The notes beneath the pieces are model-generated. The model had not been told where the DNA came from and ran no database searches. It saw only the letters and a program-made list of their open reading frames with translations. A DNA stretch of 27,454 nucleotides from Chthonomonas calidirosea (GTDB lineage: Bacteria; Armatimonadota; Fimbriimonadia; Fimbriimonadales; Fimbriimonadaceae). Made by a program: the position numbers and the translations under genes. The stretch spans positions 1 through 27,454 of the forward strand of contig CAMAPH010000038.1 of NCBI GenBank assembly GCA_945859975.1. The letters are read 5' to 3'. Numbering within the stretch: the first letter of the stretch is position 1; each line of letters opens with the position of its first letter. Below are positions 1 through 9,349 of this stretch, piece after piece.

Positions 1-870
1 GCCCTGAAAATTCACGGGGCGCCGGTGTACGTTCGTCACGCCATTGTCCACAACGAGCATGTCGTTCGAAGTTTTGAATCTCAAGGCGTGGTTTTCGTCG
101 AGGACATTTCGGACATTCCAAACGGCGCCGTGGTCGTTTACTCGGCCCACGGCGTATCCCCGGAGATTCGCCGCCAGTCCCGTGAGCGCAATTTGCAGAT
201 CATCGACGCCACGTGCCCGCTGGTGACTAAGGTCCACAACGAGGCCAAGCATTATGCTGCCCGCGACTATTTCATGATCTACATCGGCCACGAGGGCCAT
301 GTGGAAGCAGAAGGCAGCATGGGTCAAGCGCCGGAGCGCATGGTCTTAGTCGAAACGCCTGAAGACGCCGAGAAGCTGGAAATTCCTCACTACGATCGGC
401 TGGCCGTGTTGACTCAAACGACCCTGAGCGTGGATGAAGTCCGGGCAACGATGGCCGTGCTGAAGCGCCGGTTCCCGCAAATCACGACCCCGGCGAAGGA
501 GGATATTTGCTACGCGACCACCAACCGGCAGACTGCCATTCGTGAGCTCGCTTCGATGTCCGATCTCGTTCTCGTCGTCGGTTCAACCACCTCATCCAAC
601 TCGAATCGCTTGCGTGAAGTGGCGGAAGTGAGTGGCGCAGAATCTCACCTTCTGATGACGCCAGACGAAATACTGCCGCACTGGAAAACCAACTACAGCA
701 CGATCGGAATTTCGTCGGGAGCGTCGACGCCGGAGGACTTAGTGGAAGCCATCGTTGGCGAACTCTTGCGAGGTCAAGAGCACGTTCCCGTGACCATCCT
801 CGAAACGATCAAGGAAGATGTCACCTTCCGCCCCTCGCGCGACTTGATCGCGCTCGCGATGGCGAAATGA
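1..870 (+). CDS. ispH: 4-hydroxy-3-methylbut-2-enyl diphosphate reductase (5'-truncated by the window edge)
   Basis: Frame is open from base 1 (ALKIHGAPVYVRHAIVHN). Motifs IVHN, SAHGV, DATCPLV, TQTTLS, DICYATTNRQ, SSNSNRL and GASTPE. Confidence 0.97.
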   Translation, partial: ALKIHGAPVYVRHAIVHNEHVVRSFESQGVVFVEDISDIPNGAVVVYSAHGVSPEIRRQSRERNLQIIDATCPLVTKVHNEAKHYAARDYFMIYIGHEGHVEAEGSMGQAPERMVLVETPEDAEKLEIPHYDRLAVLTQTTLSVDEVRATMAVLKRRFPQITTPAKEDICYATTNRQTAIRELASMSDLVLVVGSTTSSNSNRLREVAEVSGAESHLLMTPDEILPHWKTNYSTIGISSGASTPEDLVEAIVGELLRGQEHVPVTILETIKEDVTFRPSRDLIALAMAK

Positions 871-1283
871 CCGAATCTGGCGGCCCGAAAGGGCCCATCG
901 TCTTCTTCGACGGAGTCTGCAACCTGTGCAACGGTGCGGTCGATTGGCTCGTGAAGCACGATCGCCAGCATCGGATTCAGTACGCCTCGCTACAAGGCTC
1001 CACGGCAGCGCAAATGGTCCCGGATCACCTGACCGAAGGCGATCCGGACAGCATCCTCGTTTGGACCGATGGCGTCGTGCTTGTTCGCAGCGACGCTGTA
1101 CTTAAGTTGCTCGGCTACCTTTCGCCGGGGTACCGATTCTTGGGAGTCCTCGGGAGAATCGTCCCACGGTTCGGGCGAGACGCCATTTACAAGTGGGTTG
1201 CACGAAATCGGTATCGCTGGTTTGGCAAGCGGGATTCATGCCGCCTGCCAACCCCCGAAGAGCGGGCTACTTTCCTGCCTTAA
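867..1283 (+). CDS. DCC1-like (DUF393) thiol-disulfide oxidoreductase family protein
   Basis: N-terminal FFDGVCNLC (DxxCxxC) and C-terminal YKWVARNRYRWFGK..C..P; ATGA overlap with the ispH stop. Confidence 0.9.
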   Translation: MTESGGPKGPIVFFDGVCNLCNGAVDWLVKHDRQHRIQYASLQGSTAAQMVPDHLTEGDPDSILVWTDGVVLVRSDAVLKLLGYLSPGYRFLGVLGRIVPRFGRDAIYKWVARNRYRWFGKRDSCRLPTPEERATFLP

Positions 1284-2179
1284 AACGGATCGAGTTGTTC
1301 TTTCCCGATGGCCGATGCTAAAAAGTCCGGCGGCGTGTCGGCGGTACAGGTGATCTGCTTTTCCGTCACCGGATGCACGAAGCTCAAGTAGGCGGAGTGC
1401 AACTGCAACGGCGTCTTCTGGAATTCCTTCGGCGCATACAGCCGGTCGCCGAGCACTGGATGCGCTACTGCACTGAGGTGGACCCGAATTTGGTGGGTTC
1501 GCCCCGTCTCAAGTCGGCAACCTACAAGGGTCCCTGCGTCGACTCTAGCGAGAACTTTAACGTGCGTAATCGCTGGCTTGCCGTTGTGGTCCACCGCCAT
1601 CAGCAGGCGATTCCGCTTGGACCGGCCAATTCCGGCTTCGATCGTAAACTTCTCGCGCTCGACTCGACCCGCGACGACCGCCATGTAGCGGCGCTCCGCC
1701 GTCTTCCCGGCAATCTGTCGGGCCAGCGCCACGTGAACGGAGTCCGTTTTCGCCACGACGAGTAGCCCGGTGGTGTCTTTGTCCAGGCGATGAACGATTC
1801 CGGGACGATACGATCCGCCGGTGCCGCTGAGCTCATGGTTCCGCGCAAGCAAGGCGTTCACCATCGACGGCTCCTTTAGCGTCGCCGCCGGGTGAACGGC
1901 CAAACCACGAGGTTTGTTGACCACGAGCAGGTATTCGTCCTCGTAGGCAATCTCCAATGGAATGTCCGCCGGAGTCAGGTCGTGCTCGGCCGCTTCCGAA
2001 ATTACGGGCACTTCCACGCTCCAACCCACTTCCAGCATCAGGCTTGGCTTCGCGGCTTTTTCGTTGACCAGCACTTCCCCAGCGTCGATTAGCTTCACCA
2101 ATCGGGCCCGGCTGTGGGCGGGCAGCCACCGCGCAAGCGCCTTGTCGAGTCTTTCATGCGCATCTGCGGTGAATTTCAT
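1280..2179 (-). CDS. rluD: RluA/RluD-family 23S rRNA pseudouridine synthase with S4 domain
   Basis: RLDKAL S4 start, VVNKPRGLAVHP, catalytic GIVHRLDKDTTGL, LETGRTHQIRVH, GDRLY. Confidence 0.9.
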   Translation of the reverse strand: MKFTADAHERLDKALARWLPAHSRARLVKLIDAGEVLVNEKAAKPSLMLEVGWSVEVPVISEAAEHDLTPADIPLEIAYEDEYLLVVNKPRGLAVHPAATLKEPSMVNALLARNHELSGTGGSYRPGIVHRLDKDTTGLLVVAKTDSVHVALARQIAGKTAERRYMAVVAGRVEREKFTIEAGIGRSKRNRLLMAVDHNGKPAITHVKVLARVDAGTLVGCRLETGRTHQIRVHLSAVAHPVLGDRLYAPKEFQKTPLQLHSAYLSFVHPVTEKQITCTADTPPDFLASAIGKEQLDPF

Positions 2180-2207
2180 TCCTGTATTCTTCCTTCATAC
2201 TCAAGGA
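2180..2207. promoter_or_regulatory. Divergent 28-bp intergenic region with candidate -10 boxes for two leaderless starts
   Basis: CATACT (+, 2196-2201) lies 6 nt before the ATG at 2208; AAGAAT (-, 2186-2191) lies 6 nt before the ATG at 2179. Confidence 0.45.
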
Positions 2208-2687
2208 ATGCGCTTGGGACCCCTCGCATTCGCCTGTATCTGTGTGGCCGTTACCGTTGGCTGCGGAACGCCAGCCCCGACCACGAAGGAGGCGCCAATC
2301 GAAAACGCCAGTGCACCTAAAGGCACGGAACTGAAGCCAGCGTTCACCAAGCCGGAGGAGGTCGCCGAGAAAATGCAGGTTCCGGCGTACCCGGGCGCCA
2401 GCTTCGATGACGAGACAATCAACAAGTCTTACAAGAACGATCAGGGTGAATATCGTCTTGCGTTGACCATGGTCACGAAAGATCCGGTGGACAAGGTCGC
2501 GAAGTTTTACGAAGGTGCCTTTGCGTTGCAGAGTTTTAAGAAAGAGAACGGCGTGGACATCATGGGTCGAACGAAGTCCGGCACGTTCCTCATGCTCTCC
2601 GTAACCGCAGAAAGCCAGGGCACGGTGATTCGTGCGAAGGGCATTGTTTCCGATTCAGAAAAGAAGCCCGCGACCAACCCAATGTAG
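2208..2687 (+). CDS. Hypothetical lipoprotein
   Basis: MRLGPLAFACICVAVTVGC is a signal peptide with a lipobox-like TVGC, followed by a P/T/E-rich linker and VPAYPGA. The longer ORF from 1962 overlaps rluD antisense, so the start was moved to ATG 2208. Confidence 0.8.
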   Translation: MRLGPLAFACICVAVTVGCGTPAPTTKEAPIENASAPKGTELKPAFTKPEEVAEKMQVPAYPGASFDDETINKSYKNDQGEYRLALTMVTKDPVDKVAKFYEGAFALQSFKKENGVDIMGRTKSGTFLMLSVTAESQGTVIRAKGIVSDSEKKPATNPM

Positions 2688-2712
2688 CCCTCGCGGTACC
2701 CTTATCGCGCAA

Positions 2713-5439
2713 ATGGCAGATCGGTACGAACCGCAGAGTTTTGAGTCCAAGTGGCGCGAGCGTTGGCAAGAAGAAGAACTATTCAAAACGAAAGAAACTC
2801 CCGGTCGACCCAAGTTTTACGGCCTTGACTTTTTCCCGTACCCATCTGGCGCGGGACTGAGCATTGGCCATTGCCGAAACTACATCCCAACCGACGTTGT
2901 CTGCCGCATGAAGCTCATGCAGGGCTACAACGTTCTGCACCCAATGGGCTTTGACGCCTTTGGCCTGCCGGCCGAGAACGAGGCCATCAAGCGGCAAACT
3001 CACCCAGCCGAGATGATCGAGCGTTACGCCGCGACGTACCGACGTCAAATGGATCTGATCGGAATTTCCTTCGATTGGTCCCGGTCATTCAAGTCTTCCG
3101 ACGCCGACTACTACAAGTGGACGCAGTGGATTTTTGGCGTTCTCTTTAACCGAGGACTGGCCTACCGAAAACTGGCGGCGGTGAACTGGGATCCGATAGA
3201 CAAGACCGTCCTCGCCGACGAAGAAGTGGTGGGCGGACGTGCGGAGCGATCTGGCGCGCTGGTTGAGAAGAAGTACATCCCGCAGTGGTTCTTCAAGATC
3301 ACTGACTACGCACAGCGACTGATTGACGACCTTGACCTCGTCGATTGGCCCGAAGGAATCAAGAACCAACAGCGCAACTGGATTGGCCGCAGCGAAGGCG
3401 TTCAGTTCACGCTCAAAGTTGCCGAAACCGGCCGACCCGAAGGGCCGATCGACCTTGACGTTGACGATCCTCAGACTGAGAAGCCGCTGACGTTCGATGT
3501 TTTCACGACGCGCATCGACACGATTTTCGGAATGACGTTCTGCGTCCTCGCGCCGGAGCATCCACTGATCGCTTCGTTACCGAATTCCGAAGACGACCGC
3601 GTGCGCATCAAGGAGTATCAGGATCAAGCGAAGACGCTTTCTGATGCGGACCGACAGTCGGATAGTCGAGAGAAGACCGGCGTTTTCACCGGCGCGTATG
3701 CAATCAACCCGAGCAACGGAAAGCGGGTTCAAATTTGGATCGCCGACTACGTTCTGGCAACCTACGGAACCGGGGCCATCATGGCAGTGCCCGGACATGA
3801 CCAGCGCGATTTCGACTTCGCGGTCAAATTTGGCATCCCCGTTGTGCCGGTAATCAAGCCAACGACGGACTATCTGGAACCGTTCGCGCTGGAAGGTGAA
3901 TCTGTGGACGAGGTTTACCAGCGGTATTTGAACGATGCCACTCAGTTCAATCCGGTTTTCGCTTCAAAGGAATCTGTGCTCATAAACTCGGGCGAGTACG
4001 ACGAAATGTCCATTCCGCTCGCTCAGCAAAACCTTGGCGAATGGGTTGAGGCGCACCAGATTGGTCAGCGCAAGATTCAGTACAAGCTTCGGGACTGGCT
4101 GATTTCCCGGCAACGGTATTGGGGCTGTCCGATCCCGATTGTTCACACAAAGGATGGCGACATGCACCTTGTGAGCACCTCAAGTTTGCCGGTTGAACTA
4201 CCGAAGGTGGACCACTACGAGCCATCGGGCGATGGGACTTCCCCGCTTGCTCACATTCCGGCTTTTGTGAATGCGACCGACAACGACGGTCGACTCGGGA
4301 TGCGAGAAACTGACACGATGGGCGGCTTCGCCTGTTCGTCTTGGTACTTCCTGCGCTTCTGCGATCCGCACAATTTCGACAAACCTTGGAGCACCGAGGC
4401 GGCGAAGTACTGGATGCCGGTTGACACCTACGTTGGCGGTGCGGAGCACGCGGTCATGCACCTGCTTTATGCCCGGTTCTGGACAAAGGTCCTTTACGAT
4501 GCCGGACTCGTGGAGGTTCAAGAGCCGTTCCAGCGGCTGCAGAACCAGGGCCAAGTCCTGGCTCACACGCCTTACCGAAAGCCGCGTGAAGACGAGCGAC
4601 TTGACATTGGCGAAGACGGAATCTTGGTGAGCTTCGATGAAGCCAAGACCTTGCCGAAGGACCAGCTGATGTGGCGCTGGGCGCGGATGAGCAAGTCGAA
4701 GGGCAACGTCGTTGCGCCAGAAGAGATGGTTTCGACTTACGGTGCAGACGCACTGCGGATCTACTTGCTCTTCGTCGCTCCGTTCAACTCGGACGTCGAG
4801 TGGAAGAGCGAGGGGGTCGAGAGCGCAGCGAAGTTCCTGAACCGAGTCTTCAAGATCGTTGAGACCCTCAAGACGCACTACAGTTCGGACTGGAAGTCGC
4901 TGCTTTCTTTTGAGGAGTTGGACTCCGTTGCGCGCCAGGTTAGGCGCGTGACCCACCAAACCATTGCTTCCTGCACCGACGACCTCGACCGGTTCAGCTT
5001 CAACACCTACGTTTCCTGGCTCATGAAGTATGTGAACGGGCTGAACGAGCAGTTCGCCGCCGCCAACTTCGCGGGGACGGATGCTCGGGTACAAGCGTTG
5101 GCGTTCTCGGAAGCAGTTGAGACCTTGATTCTGCTGCTCGCTCCGATCGCACCGTTTGCTTCGGACGAGTTGTGGGAATCGATCGGAAAGGCTGGCTTTA
5201 CGCTCGAAGCGGAATGGCCCGTGAGCAACCCTGCGCTGGCCGTTGAAGACGAAGTCACGATTGCGGTTCAGGTCAACGGCAAGCTTCGTGGAACATTCGA
5301 CTTACCGGTCGGGACAGATAACGCGACGCACGAGGCGCTGGCGCTTGCGCATCCGAAAATCCTGCCGTATCTTGAAGGAAACACGGTGCGAAAAGTTATC
5401 GTCATTCCCGGCAAACTTGTGAACATCGTAGCGAACTAA
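2713..5439 (+). CDS. leuS: Leucine--tRNA ligase
   Basis: MADRYEP start, FPYPSGAGLSIGH (HIGH-like), editing domain FTTRIDT and GTGAIMAVPGHDQRD, DWLISRQRYWG, RMSKSKGN (KMSKS-like), VQVNGKLRG. Confidence 0.98.
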   Translation: MADRYEPQSFESKWRERWQEEELFKTKETPGRPKFYGLDFFPYPSGAGLSIGHCRNYIPTDVVCRMKLMQGYNVLHPMGFDAFGLPAENEAIKRQTHPAEMIERYAATYRRQMDLIGISFDWSRSFKSSDADYYKWTQWIFGVLFNRGLAYRKLAAVNWDPIDKTVLADEEVVGGRAERSGALVEKKYIPQWFFKITDYAQRLIDDLDLVDWPEGIKNQQRNWIGRSEGVQFTLKVAETGRPEGPIDLDVDDPQTEKPLTFDVFTTRIDTIFGMTFCVLAPEHPLIASLPNSEDDRVRIKEYQDQAKTLSDADRQSDSREKTGVFTGAYAINPSNGKRVQIWIADYVLATYGTGAIMAVPGHDQRDFDFAVKFGIPVVPVIKPTTDYLEPFALEGESVDEVYQRYLNDATQFNPVFASKESVLINSGEYDEMSIPLAQQNLGEWVEAHQIGQRKIQYKLRDWLISRQRYWGCPIPIVHTKDGDMHLVSTSSLPVELPKVDHYEPSGDGTSPLAHIPAFVNATDNDGRLGMRETDTMGGFACSSWYFLRFCDPHNFDKPWSTEAAKYWMPVDTYVGGAEHAVMHLLYARFWTKVLYDAGLVEVQEPFQRLQNQGQVLAHTPYRKPREDERLDIGEDGILVSFDEAKTLPKDQLMWRWARMSKSKGNVVAPEEMVSTYGADALRIYLLFVAPFNSDVEWKSEGVESAAKFLNRVFKIVETLKTHYSSDWKSLLSFEELDSVARQVRRVTHQTIASCTDDLDRFSFNTYVSWLMKYVNGLNEQFAAANFAGTDARVQALAFSEAVETLILLLAPIAPFASDELWESIGKAGFTLEAEWPVSNPALAVEDEVTIAVQVNGKLRGTFDLPVGTDNATHEALALAHPKILPYLEGNTVRKVIVIPGKLVNIVAN

Positions 5440-5441
5440 GC

Positions 5442-6194
5442 ATGAAGATTCCAAACTGGGCGGTTCCGATCTTAGTTTTTTCCGGTCTTGCGCTGATCGT
5501 ATTCTTGTCCAATCGTCCTCCGGCGGCTCCAAATGGCGTCCAGATGGTGACGAGCAACGGCGAGTATGAGCTCCGCAGCGACGAAGCATTGGAACTCTGC
5601 CGAACGGCGTTAGAAAAATTTGACCGGTCCGAAGAATTGACCGAAGAAGATAAGACGAAGCTCGAAAAAGCGGCAAAGCTGTACGAAACGATGATGCTGT
5701 ACCGTCCAACGGCGGTGGAGCCCGCGTTCCAGGCCGGACGAACGTACTTCGCCGTTGGAAACACCGATATGGCGGAGGCTAGCTTGAATCAAGCCATCCT
5801 CAGCGGCGAAGAAATTTTGCGACAATCTACGGCAAACGGAAATGCATCGGTAAAAGAAGCCACGCGGCTCACCCTTGCCGAGGCTCGTTACGTGCGAAGT
5901 CTGATCTATCAGAGCGTGGGAGACTTTAAGACGGCGTTTGCGGATGCAGATTATGCGGCTCAGCAGGTCAACAACTCTCCGAACTACCTTTCGGCGCGTG
6001 CGAGTTGCAGCCTTCAACTGGGCAACATGCAACCCGCAATGAATGACATTGCCTACGCCTTGAAGCTAGATCCCGGGCACAAGCGGTCATTGCAGATTGC
6101 GAACCTGATTGATGCCGAGTACCGGGCGACTCAGTCTGGGAAGGGTGCAACGAAGCCTGACGGTCAAAACCCTCCGCCGAAAACGTCTAACTAG
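5442..6194 (+). CDS. TPR-repeat protein with N-terminal membrane anchor
   Basis: N-terminal hydrophobic WAVPILVFSGLALIVFL; helical repeats AGRTYFAVGNTDMAEASLNQA, RSLIYQSVGDFKTAFADADYA, RASCSLQLGNMQPAMNDIAYALKLDP. Confidence 0.8.
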   Translation: MKIPNWAVPILVFSGLALIVFLSNRPPAAPNGVQMVTSNGEYELRSDEALELCRTALEKFDRSEELTEEDKTKLEKAAKLYETMMLYRPTAVEPAFQAGRTYFAVGNTDMAEASLNQAILSGEEILRQSTANGNASVKEATRLTLAEARYVRSLIYQSVGDFKTAFADADYAAQQVNNSPNYLSARASCSLQLGNMQPAMNDIAYALKLDPGHKRSLQIANLIDAEYRATQSGKGATKPDGQNPPPKTSN

Positions 6195-6196
6195 CG

Positions 6197-7063
6197 ATGA
6201 GCAACGAGAACCTCGATGTGGCGGAGATTCGCGCGGAGATCAAGCGCGTCGAGTCCAAGTTGCTCGCCAGTGACGACCCTGACATCAGCGGTGCGCTCGA
6301 GCTCAAGCTGAAGCAGCTCCGGGATTCATTGCCGGCGGAGAAGCCCGTTGAAACTTCGGTTGAAGAGGTGATTGAGCCGCCGACTCCACTGCAACTTCAG
6401 CAGGCGGAAAACCTGATTCGGTTAGCCAACGTCGAAAAGATTCGCGGAAACAAGCAAAAATCGGCTGAGCTGTTGAACGAAGCCGCTGCTGTCGCGCCGG
6501 GTTCCGCAATCGTTCTTGAAGCCATTGCCGATGGGATGATCGAGCGCAAGCGCTGGCGCGATGCTAAATCCGCTCTCGAGAAGGCGGTGAAGTTAGATCC
6601 CAAGAACGCTAGCTTGGAAAGGAAATTCGCCGAGGTCGTGCTGATGTCGGCAACCGGTGGCTCGATCGACGACCAGCTTCGCAACGCGCTTCGCGATCCA
6701 CTTCTGCCAACTTCATCCGAGTCGCTTGCGAGCGCACGTTCGGCGACACTACTTTCCTTCTTCATCCCCGGCGCGGGTCAATTTGTACTCGGCCGGAGCG
6801 TCGCGGGCGGAATCTTCTTTGGCGGCTGGATCATCATGATCTTCTGGCTCTTCTTGCAGCAGCATGATTTGAAGGGCCTGCTAGGAATGGCGGGATTACC
6901 CACGAATGTGAAGCGGCCCGACAACCTGACTGTCCTGGTGCCCATCTTTGTGGCGGCGGGCATCCACCTGGCGAGCATCTTCCAGTGTGCGGCGCTTGCC
7001 AAAGCACCAACCCACCGGAACTACAAGCGTCCCGAGCCACCCGCAAACCTTCCGTTCGAATAA
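6197..7063 (+). CDS. TPR-containing membrane protein
   Basis: TPR-like AKSALEKAVKLDPKN; C-terminal membrane part with LLSFFIPGAGQFVLG and two further hydrophobic segments. Confidence 0.75.
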   Translation: MSNENLDVAEIRAEIKRVESKLLASDDPDISGALELKLKQLRDSLPAEKPVETSVEEVIEPPTPLQLQQAENLIRLANVEKIRGNKQKSAELLNEAAAVAPGSAIVLEAIADGMIERKRWRDAKSALEKAVKLDPKNASLERKFAEVVLMSATGGSIDDQLRNALRDPLLPTSSESLASARSATLLSFFIPGAGQFVLGRSVAGGIFFGGWIIMIFWLFLQQHDLKGLLGMAGLPTNVKRPDNLTVLVPIFVAAGIHLASIFQCAALAKAPTHRNYKRPEPPANLPFE

Positions 7064-7087
7064 GCCGCTCAGGGGTACCTTCTGGGA

Positions 7088-8161
7088 GTGGATTCGGCCC
7101 TTTTCCAGGAAAACGAGCGGACTGCCGCCGTCACTGACGAACGGCAGATTGCCGACTTGGGTCCGTTTCAAACGGAGCGCGGGTTCGAATTTTCTGGGAT
7201 CCAGATTGCCTACGAGACTTGGGGGCAGCTCAATGAAGCGCGGGACAACGCCATTCTTGTTTGCCATGCTCTGAGCGGAGACGCGCATGCGATCGGCTGG
7301 TGGTCCCGGCTCGTTGGCCCCGGCAAGGCGATTGACACGGAAAAGTACTTCGTGATCTGCTCTAACGTTCTTGGCGGATGCCAAGGCTCGACCGGCCCGA
7401 GTTCCGCTGCCGACGATGGTCAGCCCTTCGGAAGCCGATTCCCGATCATCAGCATCAACGATATGGTGGATGCGCAAGCGCTGCTGCTGGACCAGCTCCA
7501 GATCCAAACGCTGCATGCCGTGGCGGGTGGGAGTATGGGCGGCATGCAGGCGCTTGCCTGGTCGGTCCGTTATGCGGATCGGGTGCGCAAGTGCTTTGTC
7601 ACGGCAAGCGGTGCGGCTCACTCGGCCATGCAAATCGGGTTCAACGAGGTCGGGAGGCAGGCGATCATGCGCGATCCGAAGTGGCGAGGTGGCGACTATC
7701 CACTAAACGACCCGCCGCGCGATGGACTCTCGGTCGCCCGAATGTTGGGCCACATCACTTTCCTTAGCGAGGACGCGTTTGGGCAAAAGTTTGCGCGGCG
7801 ACTCCAAGGGAAGGAAGCCTTTGATTACCATTTCGGGGTCGAGTTCGAGGTCGAAAGCTACCTCAACTATCAAGGCGACAAGTTCACGAGCCGTTTCGAC
7901 GCGAATTCACTCCTTGTCCTAACGCGAGCGCTGGACTATTTCGAACTCAAGGCCCTATCCGCGGCAAAAGCGGATTTTCTGTTTGCGAGCTTCACTTCCG
8001 ACTGGCTGTATCCATCGCACCAAAGCGAGACCCTGAACCAAATGGCGAAAAATTCTGGTCTCAACAGCCATCACGTTCTGATTGACCTTCCGTACGGGCA
8101 TGACGCGTTCCTGCTCGATGGAGAGGTTCAAGGGTCGCGATTACGCGAATTCTTGGGCTGA
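7088..8161 (+). CDS. metX: Homoserine O-acetyltransferase
   Basis: IAYETWG, NAILVCHALSG, NVLGGCQGSTGP, nucleophile GGSMGGMQ, RFDANS, YGHDAFL. Confidence 0.93.
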   Translation: MDSALFQENERTAAVTDERQIADLGPFQTERGFEFSGIQIAYETWGQLNEARDNAILVCHALSGDAHAIGWWSRLVGPGKAIDTEKYFVICSNVLGGCQGSTGPSSAADDGQPFGSRFPIISINDMVDAQALLLDQLQIQTLHAVAGGSMGGMQALAWSVRYADRVRKCFVTASGAAHSAMQIGFNEVGRQAIMRDPKWRGGDYPLNDPPRDGLSVARMLGHITFLSEDAFGQKFARRLQGKEAFDYHFGVEFEVESYLNYQGDKFTSRFDANSLLVLTRALDYFELKALSAAKADFLFASFTSDWLYPSHQSETLNQMAKNSGLNSHHVLIDLPYGHDAFLLDGEVQGSRLREFLG

Positions 8162-8164
8162 GGC

Positions 8165-9349
8165 CTATTCTCGTCGAAAAGCGGGCCGGTTTGGCTGGCC
8201 GCGGACTCCGCCAGCTATCGGCGCTTGGTTTACGTTCGTTGGCCGCGTGGAGACACTGTTCATCGCCGGAGCGGCAAAGCTATCTTCTCCAAGTGCTAGG
8301 AGTCGATCGAACTCGCCTGGATCCTTCGCCCGGGCCCGGGCATCTTCCACCGTCACCAGGCCCTTTTCAACCAACGTCACCAGCGACTGGTCTAGGGTCG
8401 TCATCTTCATTCGGGCACCGGTTTGGATGAGCGAGTTGATCTGGTAGCTCTTGTTTTCGCGAATCAGGTTTCTCACGGCCGAAGTCGCAACGAGTACTTC
8501 GTGCGCGGCGGCTCGACCTCGGCCATCTTTGCGCTTTACAAGAGTTTGGGAGAGGACGCCGATCAGGTTCACCGAAAGCTGCATGCGAATCTGCTGCTGC
8601 TGGTGCATTGGGAATACGTCGACGATTCGGTCAACCGTCTGAACTGCGTCTACGGTGTGCAAGGTCGCAAAGACAAGGTGCCCCGTTTCGGCAGCAGTAA
8701 TCGCGAGGTGGATCGTCTCCAGGTCTCGCATTTCGCCAACGAGGATGACGTCCGGGTCTTGGCGCAAAACGTACTTAAGCGCGTTCGCGAAGGTCAGCGT
8801 GTCTACTTCAAGTTCACGCTGATTGATTAGGGCCATCTTGTCGTCGTGGACAAACTCGACCGGATCCTCAACGGTCATGATGTGGACCTTTTGGTTTCGG
8901 TTGAGATGGTCCAACATCGCGGCGAGCGACGTCGACTTGCCCGAGCCTGCTGGCCCCGTCACAAGAACTAGTCCTCTGGGGCGCGTAACGAAGTCCAAGC
9001 AAGCTGGAGGCAGCTTCAAGTCCTCCATCGTGAGAATCTCGTACGGAATCACCCGGAAGGCGGCTTGCATATGCCCGCGCTGCTGGTAGCAATTCCCGCG
9101 GAATCGCGAAACGCCCTGAACCTCAATCGCAAAATCGAGCTCAAGGTCGTTTTCAAACTTTGCAATCTGCGATGTCTGTAAAATTTTGTACAGCTCGGAC
9201 CGAAACTCGGCGTCCGTAAATCCGTTTGCTTCGACGGGCCGAAGGTCGCCATTGACGCGGATGTAGACCTTGCCAGTGTCAGTCTTGAAGTGAACGTCGG
9301 AGCCGCCCACTTTGACGCACATCTCCAGGAAGAACTCAACGGACTGCAC
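8165..9349 (-). CDS. pilT: Type IV pilus retraction ATPase PilT (third copy in transcription order)
   Basis: Walker A GPAGSGKST, TVEDPVEF, LRQDPDVILVGEMRD, His box TGHLVFATLHT, AVRNLIRE; low-complexity C-terminal tail. Confidence 0.92.
   Translation of the reverse strand: MQSVEFFLEMCVKVGGSDVHFKTDTGKVYIRVNGDLRPVEANGFTDAEFRSELYKILQTSQIAKFENDLELDFAIEVQGVSRFRGNCYQQRGHMQAAFRVIPYEILTMEDLKLPPACLDFVTRPRGLVLVTGPAGSGKSTSLAAMLDHLNRNQKVHIMTVEDPVEFVHDDKMALINQRELEVDTLTFANALKYVLRQDPDVILVGEMRDLETIHLAITAAETGHLVFATLHTVDAVQTVDRIVDVFPMHQQQQIRMQLSVNLIGVLSQTLVKRKDGRGRAAAHEVLVATSAVRNLIRENKSYQINSLIQTGARMKMTTLDQSLVTLVEKGLVTVEDARARAKDPGEFDRLLALGEDSFAAPAMNSVSTRPTNVNQAPIAGGVRGQPNRPAFRRE

Noticed and set aside
1962..2207. 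N-terminal extension of the 241-aa ORF
   Set aside because: Antisense to rluD; the signal peptide begins at ATG 2208.
2632..2712. Upstream GTG extension of leuS
   Set aside because: Overlaps the previous gene; LeuRS similarity begins at MADRYEP (2713).
4198..5094. 298-aa minus-strand ORF, and similar long antisense ORFs such as 6896-7633 and 10811-11566
   Set aside because: Shadow frames of well-supported genes, expected from GC-biased codon usage; no motifs.
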